The translations under genes and the position numbers were made by a program. From positions 55,552,001 to 55,616,000 of the forward strand of contig OZ024747.1 of NCBI GenBank assembly GCA_964016885.1: DNA of 64,000 nucleotides. Reading direction: 5' to 3'. The DNA is from Eledone cirrhosa (Eukaryota). Positions 1-11,360 of this stretch are shown in pieces (position 1 is the stretch's first letter; each line of letters starts with the position of its first letter). The notes under the pieces are model-generated. The model was not told the DNA's origin. It did no database searches and worked only from the letters and a program-made list of their open reading frames with translations.

Positions 1-183
1 AACAATTCGTTAAAACCTCATAAAGATGAACAGAACATGTCTGGATCCTAACCACAAACATACATGTAGAATATACTGCAAATACGGTATTGTATGTTCC
101 GGTAACTTCCCACAATGTCGTAGGAGCGCCGTAGCGCCGTATTGATATACGGCGTATCTTGGGTATTTTGAACCTGGTGGAGC

Positions 184-432
184 CCAGCCCTTTCTAGGCC
201 TGAGTATAGCAGATTTTTTACTGAGAAAGACAGAAAGTGAGAGACGGGAAATGAGAAAGGGATATAGAAGAAGACTGGACCCAGTACTTGACTGGTACTT
301 TTATTTATCGACCTCGAAATGGTGAAATGCAAAACTGACCTCGGTGGGATTTGAACTCAGAAAGCAGCGAGCCCAAACGAATAACATAAATCATTCTATC
401 CGACGTTTTAACGACTCTGCCAATTGATCGCC
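184..432 (-). mobile_element. tRNA-derived SINE, family A, variant with alternative 3' tail (diverged)
   Basis: The + strand shows GGGATTTGAACTC (box B reverse complement) and the central block ACTGGTACTTTTATTTATCGACC...AAACTGACCTCGG. The extension GCCTGAGTATAGCAGATTT is shared with the copy at 43125-43332. Confidence 0.7.
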
Positions 433-751
433 TTCGCTACAAGCATACCAAAGTAAAAAATAAATAAATCTTCATTTACATGCAACCATGATGTGGTAAA
501 ATGTAAGCAAATGACCAAAGTGATAAATAAATTATAATACAGACAGAAATATAGGGAACTCCCTCACCAAAATCCTTACATTGTTAGACAAACACAACAA
601 TTTCCCGTCAGCTACTCATACCAATGTGCACATACAACAATGAGCCAATAACACATTTCCATACAGAATATGAACAAAATTAGGTAGGATGACATTAGTC
701 GATAGCTCCACAAACGTGGTGAACAACTATGGAAGCTCTCTAATATAATAT

Positions 752-842
752 CTTCTTCTTCTTCTTCTTCTTCTTCTTCTTCTTCTTCTTCTTCTTCTTC
801 TTCTTCTTCTTCTTCTTCTTCTTCTTCTTCTTCTTCTTCTTC
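752..842. repeat. (TTC)n microsatellite, the (AAG)n tail of the adjacent LINE 3' end
   Basis: Pure TTC run directly abutting the RTE fragment. Confidence 0.95.
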
Positions 843-844
843 AC

Positions 845-1085
845 GCACTTATTTCTGAGTGGGTCGTAGGAGCAGAGTCCTCAATCACTCGTTCCAGCAG
901 GTCCTGTCAGAAGCAACCATTTCCACATGATCTGACCGGATTCCCAATCGAGAGCAGCCAAGCTCATGGATGTTATCCAACCTACTTGATCGGGGTCTGT
1001 CCCTGGGTCTCCCGCCCTTTGGCTTCAACCATAAAATCTGTCCAGCAAGTTTTTTTCTTGAACAGTCTAACCCCATGTAAATTTA
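845..1085 (-). mobile_element. RTE-clade (Expander/Rex3-like) LINE 3' end with (AAG)n tail
   Basis: Translation ...LAGQILWLKPKGGRPRDRPRSSRLDNI...VASDRTCW matches the RTE C-terminal G.RPRGRP...W.D...A.DR..W pattern. Homologues occur at 9755-10078 and 30402-30690. Confidence 0.75.
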
Positions 1086-1725
1086 GCTGGGGGGTTTTTT
1101 TTAAGCTAGATGCCCCTCCTAACAACAATATATATATAAATGTGTGTGTGTGTATATATGTGAATATATGTGTATGTGTGTTGATAAAAGCAACACGACA
1201 GGACATGCCATTAGAGCAAACAATTAGAGTGTGGGTGTTTAAAACAAAGTATATCAAAAGTGAAAAAAGAGAAAAATGTAAATGGCATGGTTGTCAATAA
1301 TTCTACACAAATTATAAATGCGTGTACACGGTAAATAATTTACACCGCACATGATGTGGAGTATCTGACGTTTTGGTCTAAGCCTGTCAGCAGAGTAGAG
1401 TAAGAAAAGAAAGAACTTTAAAAATCTTACCAGTTTTGAGGACAGGTGTGGCATTTAACTTCATCCTGATCAATATATATACGTATTTCCTTGGTGTTGT
1501 TTTGTTTCTATATATGGGTATTGGTGAGGAACCCAACTAGGTCCCAATTTGGATTCAAGGTGCCCATCATTTGTTTCAATTTACATGAATATACGTGTAT
1601 TGGCAAGTTTTCATGTCAATATACTAAAAATGTGTAAATTTATATATACATTTATGCGAGCAAGGTTACGTCCATTCTTTAGATATACTGATACAATTTA
1701 ATCTCACACACACATATATATATAC

Positions 1726-1766
<41 letters not shown>

Positions 1767-1800
1767 CTAATTTATAATGTTATACAGTTAACTGTATCTA

Positions 1801-1802
<2 letters not shown>

Positions 1803-1888
<86 letters not shown>
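1803..1888. repeat. (TA)n microsatellite (one of dozens in the window)
   Basis: Pure TA run. Confidence 0.95.
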
Positions 1889-1892
<4 letters not shown>

Positions 1893-2393
1893 ATGTATAA
1901 AGTACATTGCTTCCATGATTCAAGGAACCGAAAATATCTTAGAATGTATCGATAAATTTGCTGATCTGCAATGTTATCAATGTCGTGGAACTAATTATTT
2001 CACAATGGGAAAAAATCTTCTCAGACTAATCTTTCGATTTTGTTAGCAAAAAAATATTCTATAGAGGTTTGGATGATAAAATTAATAGCGTTATAAGTTT
2101 CATCAATATTTTAAATAATGCTTTGTATTGTAGATATAAGTTAACACATTTATGGAAGGTGTTTAGTCAATTATATCGACCCCAATATGTAACCGTTATT
2201 TAATTTTATCGAAGACATGGTAATAAAATGTAGAATCGATCAAGGATAGATTTGAAGACAAACGATACAGATTTGTATATAAATACTATAGAAAGATGTA
2301 CAATGTCATGTCTATTGACATTTATTCAGTATAGTGTTAATGGCTATGTAATTAAGAGTTTCATTTAGGCAGCATGGATTCCGAGTAATATGT

Positions 2394-2673
2394 GGAGGCG
2401 GGTGGCCTAGTGGTAAGGGTGTTGGACATAGGATCATAATGTCGTGGGTTCGATTCTTGGGATGGGTTGCTTGTTGTGTTCTTGAGCAAAACACTTCATT
2501 TCACATTGCTCCAATATACTCAGTTGAAAATGTGTACCAGCAATAGCTGATAGTTAAACACTGCAATGGACTGGTGTTCTGATCAGGGGGAAGCATTGTA
2601 CTCTCAGTCGCTTCATGCCATGAAACCGGGATAAGCACTGGCCCTACGGTCCTTCTGGCTTAAGACAGACTTT
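2394..2673 (+). mobile_element. tRNA-derived CORE-like SINE (family B), near full length
   Basis: Box A TGGCCTAGTGG, box B GGTTCGATTC, and a CORE-like block TTGTGTTCTTGAGCAAAACACTTCATTTCACATTGCTCCA. It continues with CTGCAATGGACTGG... and the tail GTCGCTTCATGCCATGAAACCGGG. Confidence 0.75.
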
Positions 2674-2934
2674 TAGATACCATAACCTCATATCAATTAA
2701 ATCTGTGTGAAACAATTTTGGTAAAACAAAACAGGGTGCCAGGTTTCATCTACCCTGTTTCATGTGTCTGAGATATATTAAGATTGTAAAAGAAACCTCT
2801 TAACAATTCAAGCATGCTGATAGAATAATTAGTCCACTAATTTCCGCAACCAGACACCGCCACTATCGCAATTGTGTCTGTTGGACCCCTGTCAGTTTCG
2901 CTGGTAAATGTTCCAGTTTTTTAATCAACAGAGC

Positions 2935-3392
2935 AACCTGCTCATAAAATTAATGTAAAAGTGGCAGCGCATTCCATAAATACGTGAAACACTAACGGAT
3001 TTCTCCGGGAGATTCAGTATAACAATGTGTGTGACCAGGTTGGCTCTTTTATTTGTTGCTACAATTTATTTTTACAAGTTGACTTGAGTGGAGTAAAAGG
3101 AAATAAAGTGTCTTGCTCAAGAATTCATCTTGTCACCGAAAATAAAATTCACAGCTGTTTTGAAATTAAAGTGCAAGTGGCTGAGTACTCCGAAAACATA
3201 TATACTCTTATTGTTGTTCTCAGGGAAATTCAGGATGATAAAATCTATGACAAATTTTACTTTACATGCTCATTGGTTTGAATTGGAGCCACATGAAATA
3301 CACATCTCACTCAAAGACAAATCCAGCTACCAGGAATAAACAAAGACCATACGATCGTAAACTGAACACTCTAACCACTAAGCCACACATTT
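2935..3392 (-). mobile_element. two tandem degenerate CORE-like SINE copies
   Basis: Repeated AAATTAA(T/A)GT..AAGTGGC...CTC.GGGA.ATTCAG blocks, the CORE reverse complement GAAATAAAGTGTCTTGCTCAAG, and the head CTCTAACCACTAAGCCAC. Confidence 0.6.
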
Positions 3393-4189
3393 TCATTCAC
3401 CATGAATATCAATGAGTACAAAATATTTACAAATTAAAACAGATTATGTTGCCATGAAGGAGAAAGTTTGGGGCAGAATTTGTCATTGGAAAGAGATGAA
3501 ATATTTGATAGGAAGGTTCACTAAAAGTATTTCCAATGAACTTTTGCACTTTTGTATCCAATAAATAATTAAATTAACAAATAAATTAGTAGGTAGGGTG
3601 AAATAAAGAAAAATACATTATTAAAAGGAGAAAATGAAAGAATAAATATAGAAAAGGCTAACAAAGAAATATTCCTCCTCACTACCACCAACCCTACACT
3701 GTTGAACTCTCCAAGGATCTTGGCAGTATTGGATCTTAGTCATTTTTCATTGTATCAACCAGGTCAGAATATATATATATATATATATATGTGGTGTGTG
3801 TATTTGTGTGTGTGTATGGGGGGGTGCGTGTGTGTGTGCGTGTGTATGTATGTATATATATATATATATATATATATCAAACCACCCACAAATGTTTGGA
3901 ATGGAAGCAGAATTGGTTGTTAGTCTGTCTGGCCTGGCAAGATGCCTGGTAGAGAGGGAGAGACGTATATATATATATATATATATTGTGTGTGTGTGTG
4001 CGTATAGGGTAGGTGTGTGTGTTGTTCTAGTGTACTATATATTCTAGTGTATTCGTGTATTGATCACTTATTATTGCTATTAGTGATTAATTAATGAAAT
4101 TAATAGAGAGGCTAGAAATGATATTGCTGACAATTATAAATACAATTAGAACTGAGAATGGTGCATGAAATGGAATAAAATACAATATT

Positions 4190-5070
4190 ATTACTAAAGA
4201 ATGGAAAGAATGAAAGACAGAATGAAAGAAAAGAAGATAAATGGGAAAAAATAATAGAAGAAAAGAAAGGATAAACTCATTATTGAGGAAAGAAAGAGAG
4301 AGAATGGATGAAATAGGAGAGGAAAAAGAGAGAGTGGAAGTGGTGGGAGACAAAAGAGAGAGAGAGTGGAAGTGATGGGAGAGGAAAGAGAGAGAGAATG
4401 GAAGAGATAGGAGAGGAAAAAGAGAGAGTGGAATTGATGGGAGAGGAAAGGGAGAGAGAGTGGAAGTGATGGGAGAGGAAAGAGAGAGAGAATGGAAGAG
4501 ATAGGAGAGGAAAAAGAGAGAGTGGAATTGATGGGAGAGGAAAGGGAGAGAGAGAGTGGAAGAAATGGGAGAGGGAAGAGAGAGAATGGAAGATATGGGA
4601 GAGGAAAGAGAGTGAGAGAGAGTGAGGGATAGGAAGTGATGGGAGAGGAAAGAGGGAGAGAGTGGACGAGATAGGAGAGGAAAGAGCGAGAAAATATTTG
4701 AAAGAAATAAGAGATAGAAAATACAAATGGTAGAAAGAGAGAAAGGAAACTAAATAAAGGAGAGGAAGAAGTATAGAATGAATGAATGAAAACGGAAAAG
4801 GCGAGAACTAAGAAAGAAGTAACAACGAATGAAAGAGAGAAATAAAGAAAAACAAGATAGAAATAAAAAGAAAGAGTAAGAAAATGAAAGAGGGGAAAAT
4901 TGACGGAAAGAGGGAGAGAATGAAAGGGAGTAAGAAAAAAAGACATAGAACAAACAAACAAACATACAAGAAGAAAAACGATAGAAAAAAAATAAAGAGA
5001 GAAATTTAATGAAGGAAAGAGAGGATATCAGGAGTCGAAGAAGATTAAAAGAAACATTTAAAAGAATGTT
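4190..5070. repeat. polypurine tract with degenerate ~30-33 nt GAGAGGAAA(GA)nTGGAAGTGATGG minisatellite
   Basis: The + strand is strongly A/G-rich with very few C. The unit recurs about a dozen times between 4300 and 4690. Confidence 0.85.
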
Positions 5071-5283
5071 ACCCAACTCAAACTTTCACACAATTTGCTC
5101 ATGTACATTTGATGTCAACCCTACAAAAACCTGCTCTGGTTCTATGAAACAAAACCACACATTTTAAAACCACTTTAAATTAAAATCTTCCAATATAATT
5201 TTATATAAGAATCGTATGTTAACTTATAATCTTAGTAATCTAAATTCTAATGTCTGTCACAATTCGGAGGGCTTATTAGAGAA

Positions 5284-5440
5284 GTGCTTCACCCCGTTTC
5301 CCTAGTATTAAGCAACTGAGAGTACAAGACACTCACTGTTTGGACAGGATGCAAGTCCATTTCAGGTTTAAACCTCCAGCTACAGTTGGGACTACTGTTT
5401 AGCTGCGTATACTCTAGCTACATGGAACTAAATGCACACC
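5284..5440 (-). mobile_element. family B SINE 3' half
   Basis: The reverse complement contains GAAATGGACTTGCATCCTGTCC...GTACTCTCAGTTGCTTAA..GAAACGGGG, matching 2560-2640. Confidence 0.55.
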
Positions 5441-5760
5441 ACAGAATAGGGTCCAGTAATGAAATAATAATTTAAGTAAATTCCTAAAAATGTATCAATT
5501 ATTAATTTATAATATATCATATATTTAATTAGAAACATTGTCATGAATGGGTTAACCCTTTCAGTACTGTATTTCTAATGAATGACAGCCTTTAATTTTC
5601 AGATGATTTGTATAAACATATATATATATATATTAATAATAATAAATTTCAAGACTAAAATCCAAAGAGGGCTCGATAAGGATAAATATATATCAAATAT
5701 ATAAGAACCGTAGAGCAAATATTTATTAATAATATATATATATATGTGTGTGTGTGTGTA

Positions 5761-5910
5761 AAAGGTAAACAGAAATAACAACACAATCGATACAGTATAC
5801 AGAAGGAATATATTAGGTTAACGCTTGAAATAGCAGGAAGAGGGTCTAAACGTTTCAGACGCTAGTCCTTTATCAGAATGACAAATAAGATAGACAAAAG
5901 GGACGGCGGA
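5761..5910 (-). mobile_element. Penelope/retrozyme-like short element with degenerate minimal hammerhead (family H1)
   Basis: Reverse-complement homologue of 20255-20415. It contains CTGATAA-AGGAC-TAGC-GTCT-GAAAC-GTT and lies between TA/TG tracts. Confidence 0.65.
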
Positions 5911-5928
5911 TTCATGTTGACATCTTTT

Positions 5929-5980
<52 letters not shown>

Positions 5981-6084
5981 ATATATTATTAACAATATAT
6001 ACATGTATATATAGTAATAATATATTTACATATATATATATATATATATACAAGAAAATTATAAATGTAAAAATGTAAGTATGT

Positions 6085-6222
6085 TTTTGAAACGGTGTGC
6101 GAGTTTGAAATTAGAAATTAGAAATTATAAGCTTTCACCGTATTTTAGACTAAAGAAATTTCTAGTCTGATAGTGGGGTTTATAACCCTCGGAGAAATGG
6201 AAAAAGATGAGTGTTGCCGTAC
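6085..6222. mobile_element. single-arm copy of palindromic element P
   Basis: CCGTATTTTAGACTAAAGAAATT...CTGATAGTGGGGTT...CCCTCGGAGAAATGGAAAAAGATGAG matches the arms at 22577 and 42435. Confidence 0.75.
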
Positions 6223-6387
6223 ATTATATTTAAAGAAAAGAAATATATATATATATATACACGCACTATGTACACAAATATGCATAATGAAATACGTGTA
6301 TTGGTGAGGATTGTTTTTATGTAATAAATATATATCTACAATACAATTCGCCCCATGGATTGAGAACCAACTTCGGATATCAATAAT

Positions 6388-6556
6388 TATTTCTACTCTA
6401 TTACCAGTGCATTACTGGTACTTTATTTTATCGACCCCGTAAGGATGAAAGGCAAAGTCAACCTCGGCGGGATTTGAACTCAGATCGTAAAGGGACGTAA
6501 CTATGCTGGAAAGCATAGCCTCCGACCCTCCACCGATACTGCCAACCCACAGCCCT
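6388..6556 (-). mobile_element. SINE family A with 17-bp TSD
   Basis: Boxes A and B are on the minus strand. TSD CTTCGGATATCAATAAT at 6371-6387 and 6557-6573. Confidence 0.9.
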
Positions 6557-6796
6557 CTTCGGATATCAATAATGAAATTCAGTTACACTAGACTCACACA
6601 TATATATTATTGTTATTCTTATCATTATTATCATTAATGTTCATCCAAATAATTGAAAGTGCTCCGTAGTATTTTAAAGTCCAATTATGGCCAATCCTTG
6701 GATTGACCACGGTGGTGCAGAAACTATTGAGATGGTCATAATTGGACCAAGAAATCTCGTGTATAGCTTTTTGTTGTGTATATGAACATATATTAT

Positions 6797-6972
6797 GGTT
6801 GATTGGCAGTATCGGTAGAGGGTCGGGCGTCATGCTTTGCAGCATAGAGTTACACCCTTTTACGGTCTGAGTTCAGATCACGCTGAGGTTAATTTTGCGT
6901 TTCATCCTTACGTTCTCGATAGAATAAAGTACCAGTAATGCACTGGGATAATTGCTGAAAGAAGAAACAATT
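6797..6972 (+). mobile_element. SINE family A
   Basis: TTGGCAGTATCGGTAGAG (box A), GAGTTCAGATC (box B), central TTTCATCCTTACG...AATAAAGTACCAGT (resembles the Meta-SINE core), tail AGAAACAATT. Confidence 0.85.
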
Positions 6973-7069
6973 TTAATATATCAACACTCACACGAAATTG
7001 CGCACTGGATTCCTTTCTCCTATATTACAACGACTAATGTTTTACTACATGTGACACACACACACGCAT

Positions 7070-7122
<53 letters not shown>

Positions 7123-7190
7123 GGGGGGGGGGTGTATGTGTGTGTGTGTGCGTGTGTGCGTGGGTGTATGTGTGTGTGTGTTATTGTCGT

Positions 7191-7373
7191 TAGGCAGTAT
7201 CGGTAGAGGATCGGACGCCATGCTTTGCAGCAAAGAGTTACGGCACTTTATAATCTGAGTTCAAGTCCCGCCGAGGTTAACTTTGCCTTTCATCCTTATG
7301 GGGTCGATAAAGTAAAGTACCAGTAATACACTGGGATAATTTCTGGCCTTGTGCCAAAAGTAGAAACAATTAT
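7191..7373 (+). mobile_element. SINE family A
   Basis: Same head, core and tail as the other copies; ends GGCCTTGTGCCAAAAGTAGAAACAATTAT. Confidence 0.9.
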
Positions 7374-7475
7374 CGTTATCGTCATCAGCAGCATACCTGT
7401 TTATTTTATGATAACCCCTCTATTAATGCATTCATATAGATAACATTTAATCCCAGAATAACGTTTGCAGTTACT

Positions 7476-7525
<50 letters not shown>

Positions 7526-7688
7526 AATGAGAGGTATACAAATATATGTGTATACATACATATACATGTATATATAAACATATATTTTTCATGTGAGATT
7601 GTATGTTGTCGACCTTAACCAGTGTTACTCCATGATTATGAGAGACAAAATAATCGAAATAATTAAATTGACACAATATCAGAGTTAT

Positions 7689-8023
7689 GTAAAATATTAT
7701 TAAAAGGAATAATAGATACAATATACCTATTTTTTTCTTTTGTTATCATATCAATATCTCCCTCCGCCTTCTGAGATATTTTCACTGCTACATTCTTGAC
7801 CGGTGTATCACGTGATAGAGTCTCCCTCCGCCTTTCTGATATTTTCTCGCATGCTACGGACGTATGTAGTTAGGGCTCTTCCCTGAGGTGCTCCCTTGAT
7901 AAGCTGGCTATTACAAGAATGTGACATATCTATGATATAACATTCTTGCATAGTGATCAGCGAAACTGTACAGTCGGGACATAAGAAAAAATAGGTATAT
8001 TGTATCTATTATTCCTTTTTATA

Positions 8024-8031
<8 letters not shown>
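7689..8031 (+). mobile_element. Penelope-like insertion with ~50-bp inverted terminal copy and degenerate hammerhead
   Basis: Inverted repeat 7689-7740 / 7982-8031. Internal CTGAGG(T)...long hairpin...GAAA-CTGTACAG-TC-GGGA at 7877-7979. Ends in (TA)n. Confidence 0.6.
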
Positions 8032-8106
<75 letters not shown>

Positions 8107-8313
8107 TTTCTGTATTTGTTTAACAAGATTCTTTATCTGAAAACGTGTGTTGAAAACCGATATTGTTATACTTTGGGAGGGTCATGTTGCCAATAAGAAA
8201 CACACGCACCACTGCTTTCACTCCAATTTCTTATAAATTAAATTTATAAATTTAAGAATTTATAAATTTCCGGTTGGTTGGTTCGTTCGACAACCGGACG
8301 GTTGTTCATATAT

Positions 8314-8357
8314 TGTCAAAGTTCTTTCGTCACACATTCTGTGACCTCTTCAGTGAC
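8314..8357 (-). ncRNA. type I hammerhead ribozyme motif, intact core
   Basis: Minus strand reads GTCA CTGAAGA G GTCACA GAATG TGTGAC GAAA GAAC TT TGAC. Stem I is 4 bp, stem II 6 bp, stem III minimal, cleavage triplet CUU. Confidence 0.7.
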
Positions 8358-8419
8358 TGGGGATTCTTTTCTTTGTTTTGTGCCTCTCCTTTGTTCTGTC
8401 CGACGTCATCTTGTTTTTC

Positions 8420-8459
<40 letters not shown>

Positions 8460-8856
8460 TTTATATATACATATATATATATATTTGTTTGTGTGTGTGT
8501 GTATATATATGTGTGTATGTTCGTTCGTTTTCTTTTGGATAACATTGGATTACCTTTTTTATTTCAATTTAATGTATCTTATTTCTGCTTTTTCTGTTTT
8601 TACCTACTACAGTGTGTATGTATTTGTGTAAATCATATATTTGTTTGTGTAAATCATATATTTATATGTAGAACTTCAGAAAGAACTTCTTTAATTCCCC
8701 CCAAAATGGAACAATTTAGGCAGGAAAAAATCGGAAATATTATCCTTGGAAAATTATCTTAAATATTCGTGAGGGGGCTAAAGAGCAAAGAAAATAACAC
8801 AATATATATGTCTACATATATATATATATATAGATAGATAGATATATGTATATATA

Positions 8857-8893
8857 TATATACTTAAATAGAGATATATAGTGTTATTTTCTT

Positions 8894-8952
<59 letters not shown>

Positions 8953-9240
8953 GGGAATTTAGATCGATTTGTTGATAAAGGCACAGAGGCCAACATGAAT
9001 TATGTGTGTGTGTGTGTGTGTATGGGTGTATGTATATTAATATATATATATATATGTATTTATATATATATATGTGTATATATATTTATATGTATATTAT
9101 ATATACATACAGACACACATACATAATACATGTTGGCCTCTGTGCCTTTATCAACAAATCAATCTAAATTCGCTACTATATATATATGTATATATATTTA
9201 AAGAAAATAACACAATATATGTCTATTTAAATATATATAC
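8857..9240. repeat. foldback (long inverted repeat) around a TA/TG-rich spacer
   Basis: TAGTAGGGAATTTAGATCGATTTGTTGATAAAGGCACAGAGGCCAACATG (about 8948-8997) is the near reverse complement of about 9129-9178. The outer arms GTGTTATTTTCTTTAAA / TTTAAAGAAAATAACAC also match. Confidence 0.85.
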
Positions 9241-9252
9241 ATATATACATAC

Positions 9253-9284
<32 letters not shown>

Positions 9285-9754
9285 GTATATATATAGATAT
9301 ATGTATATTATATATACATATGTATACATATATTATATATAATAAAAGTAGTATATATATTATATGTATAAATACACATAAAAACAACAATATCCTCTAG
9401 AAGAATACCATATATAATGCCGTTTTCTAAAATAGCCACCAATACAGAGCGAAACTCTATGTGAGGGGCTAGTTGATTAATCAAGACTCTGGAATATGAC
9501 TGGTACATATTTTTACCCTGTAAGGATAGAAATCAAAAATGAAATGGACTTAATTTTAACTCTGAATATACGGTGCAAAAACAAATAATTGTCATTTCAT
9601 GTGAGACCAACGAATCTACAAATCAACTGCCTCAAAGATAATGCTAGTTTCCAACAAGGCACAAATTTAGAGTAAGTATATAGTGAATTAAATCGTCTCC
9701 AGTTTTTGGCTAGTGTCTATTTTGTCAATACTTTACTTTTTATTTCTTAAGAAA

Positions 9755-10078
9755 GAAGGATTCAAGGTGAAGCCACTGCTCCTCCATTTTGAAAGATCAT
9801 CGTTCCGATACTATGGGCATGTTGTTAGAATGTCCCAGGAAAGAATTGTTGGACAGATTTTACAGGAGTAGATCCCGAGCATGATGGTTGGATAACATCT
9901 ATGATTTCATCAGGTCTTGCTTGGAGATCAAGCCGGATCTGTTGGAGATGGTTGCTTCTGACAGGACACACTGGAAAACGTGTTTGATGACTCTGCCCCC
10001 ATGATCCCCTCATGATTAAATGGGGGAGGAGTAGAAGAAGAAGAAGAAGAAGAAGAAGAAGAAGAAGAAGAAGAAGAA
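9755..10078 (+). mobile_element. RTE-clade LINE 3' end with (AAG)n tail
   Basis: Translates VKPLLLHFERSSFRYYGHVVRMSQERIVGQIL... (the RTE LRW.GH..RM motif), followed by an AAG run at 10033-10078. Confidence 0.75.
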
Positions 10079-10714
10079 ACATGATGTATGCTGTTAAGTG
10101 GTTGATATTAGGAAGGGCATCCAGCCATGAAAAAAAACATGAAAAAAGAACGTATAATGAGAAACAGTTCTTGGTTGTCTAGTCACCAAGTGTGGCAACC
10201 CATGATGAATCTGTTACCCTAAAAGGCGATAAGGCAGTTAAGATTAAGTAGCCATTGAATCTCACAGAGATCGTTAGTTCACAATTCCTGAAATCATTTT
10301 AGCCCAGTGTCAACATTTTTTGCCGATATACATATCGACCCCAGACCGGTGCATTGACAAGAAAATAATTACCTCAGTATGATTTTTCGTGTCAAAAAAT
10401 CTTCCTGGTTGGTTTTGAATATCTTTCTATATATCAAGCAACTATAGTTATGAATGTTTTGAATTTTTCTGAGAAAATAATTTGATTTCCCAAAACATTT
10501 AGTGAATAGTTATCGATAAGATTCCAAATAATTCGAACATCTGTGTTTATACAAATCTTTGCATTTCAATATTCGATATGCACAAAACATAATCATAGAT
10601 GAATATCCTTTGAATTTTTCTGAAAAATGAATCTACTTGCCACAAGATTTATCTAAGCTAAATGGAAGAGACGACGATAACATTCAGTGTAATTTTGATT
10701 ATTGTTGTGTACAT

Positions 10715-10726
10715 TATATATATATA

Positions 10727-10786
<60 letters not shown>

Positions 10787-10803
10787 TATATATATTATAT
10801 ATT

Positions 10804-10874
<71 letters not shown>

Positions 10875-10912
10875 ATTATATATATATATACGTATTATAT
10901 ATATTATATATT

Positions 10913-10959
<47 letters not shown>

Positions 10960-11048
10960 TTATATTATATATATACATATATACATATGTATATATTATA
11001 TATATTATATATATATATATATTATATACATATTTATCATATATGTAT

Positions 11049-11091
<43 letters not shown>

Positions 11092-11242
11092 CTGTATATA
11101 TATATATATATATATATATGTGTATATATATAATAATATAATATTATTATATCTATAATATATAATTTATATATAATACATATATAATATATATATATAT
11201 TATATATATTATATATATTGTATATATATATATTTATATATA

Positions 11243-11328
<86 letters not shown>

Positions 11329-11360
11329 TATATATATATAATATATATGTATGTATGTAT
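10715..11360. repeat. long degenerate (TA)n block
   Basis: About 650 bp of interrupted TA repeat. Confidence 0.9.

Noticed and set aside
1384-1468. Minus-strand exon pair (DEVKCHTCPQN plus a downstream acceptor)
   Set aside because: The implied intron is only 47 nt, the first acceptor is weak and no recognisable protein results.
4194-5076. 255-aa hydrophobic ORF resembling a membrane protein
   Set aside because: A stop-poor polypyrimidine strand of an AG minisatellite, open in several frames.
5540-5570. GGG-TTAA-CCC junction of two piggyBac-like MITE ends
   Set aside because: The partner termini could not be located.
10637-11158. Long ORFs of YI/CV/HT/MYVC dipeptide type here and throughout the window
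   Set aside because: Translations of (TA)n, (TG)n and (TATG)n microsatellites, with no coding signal.
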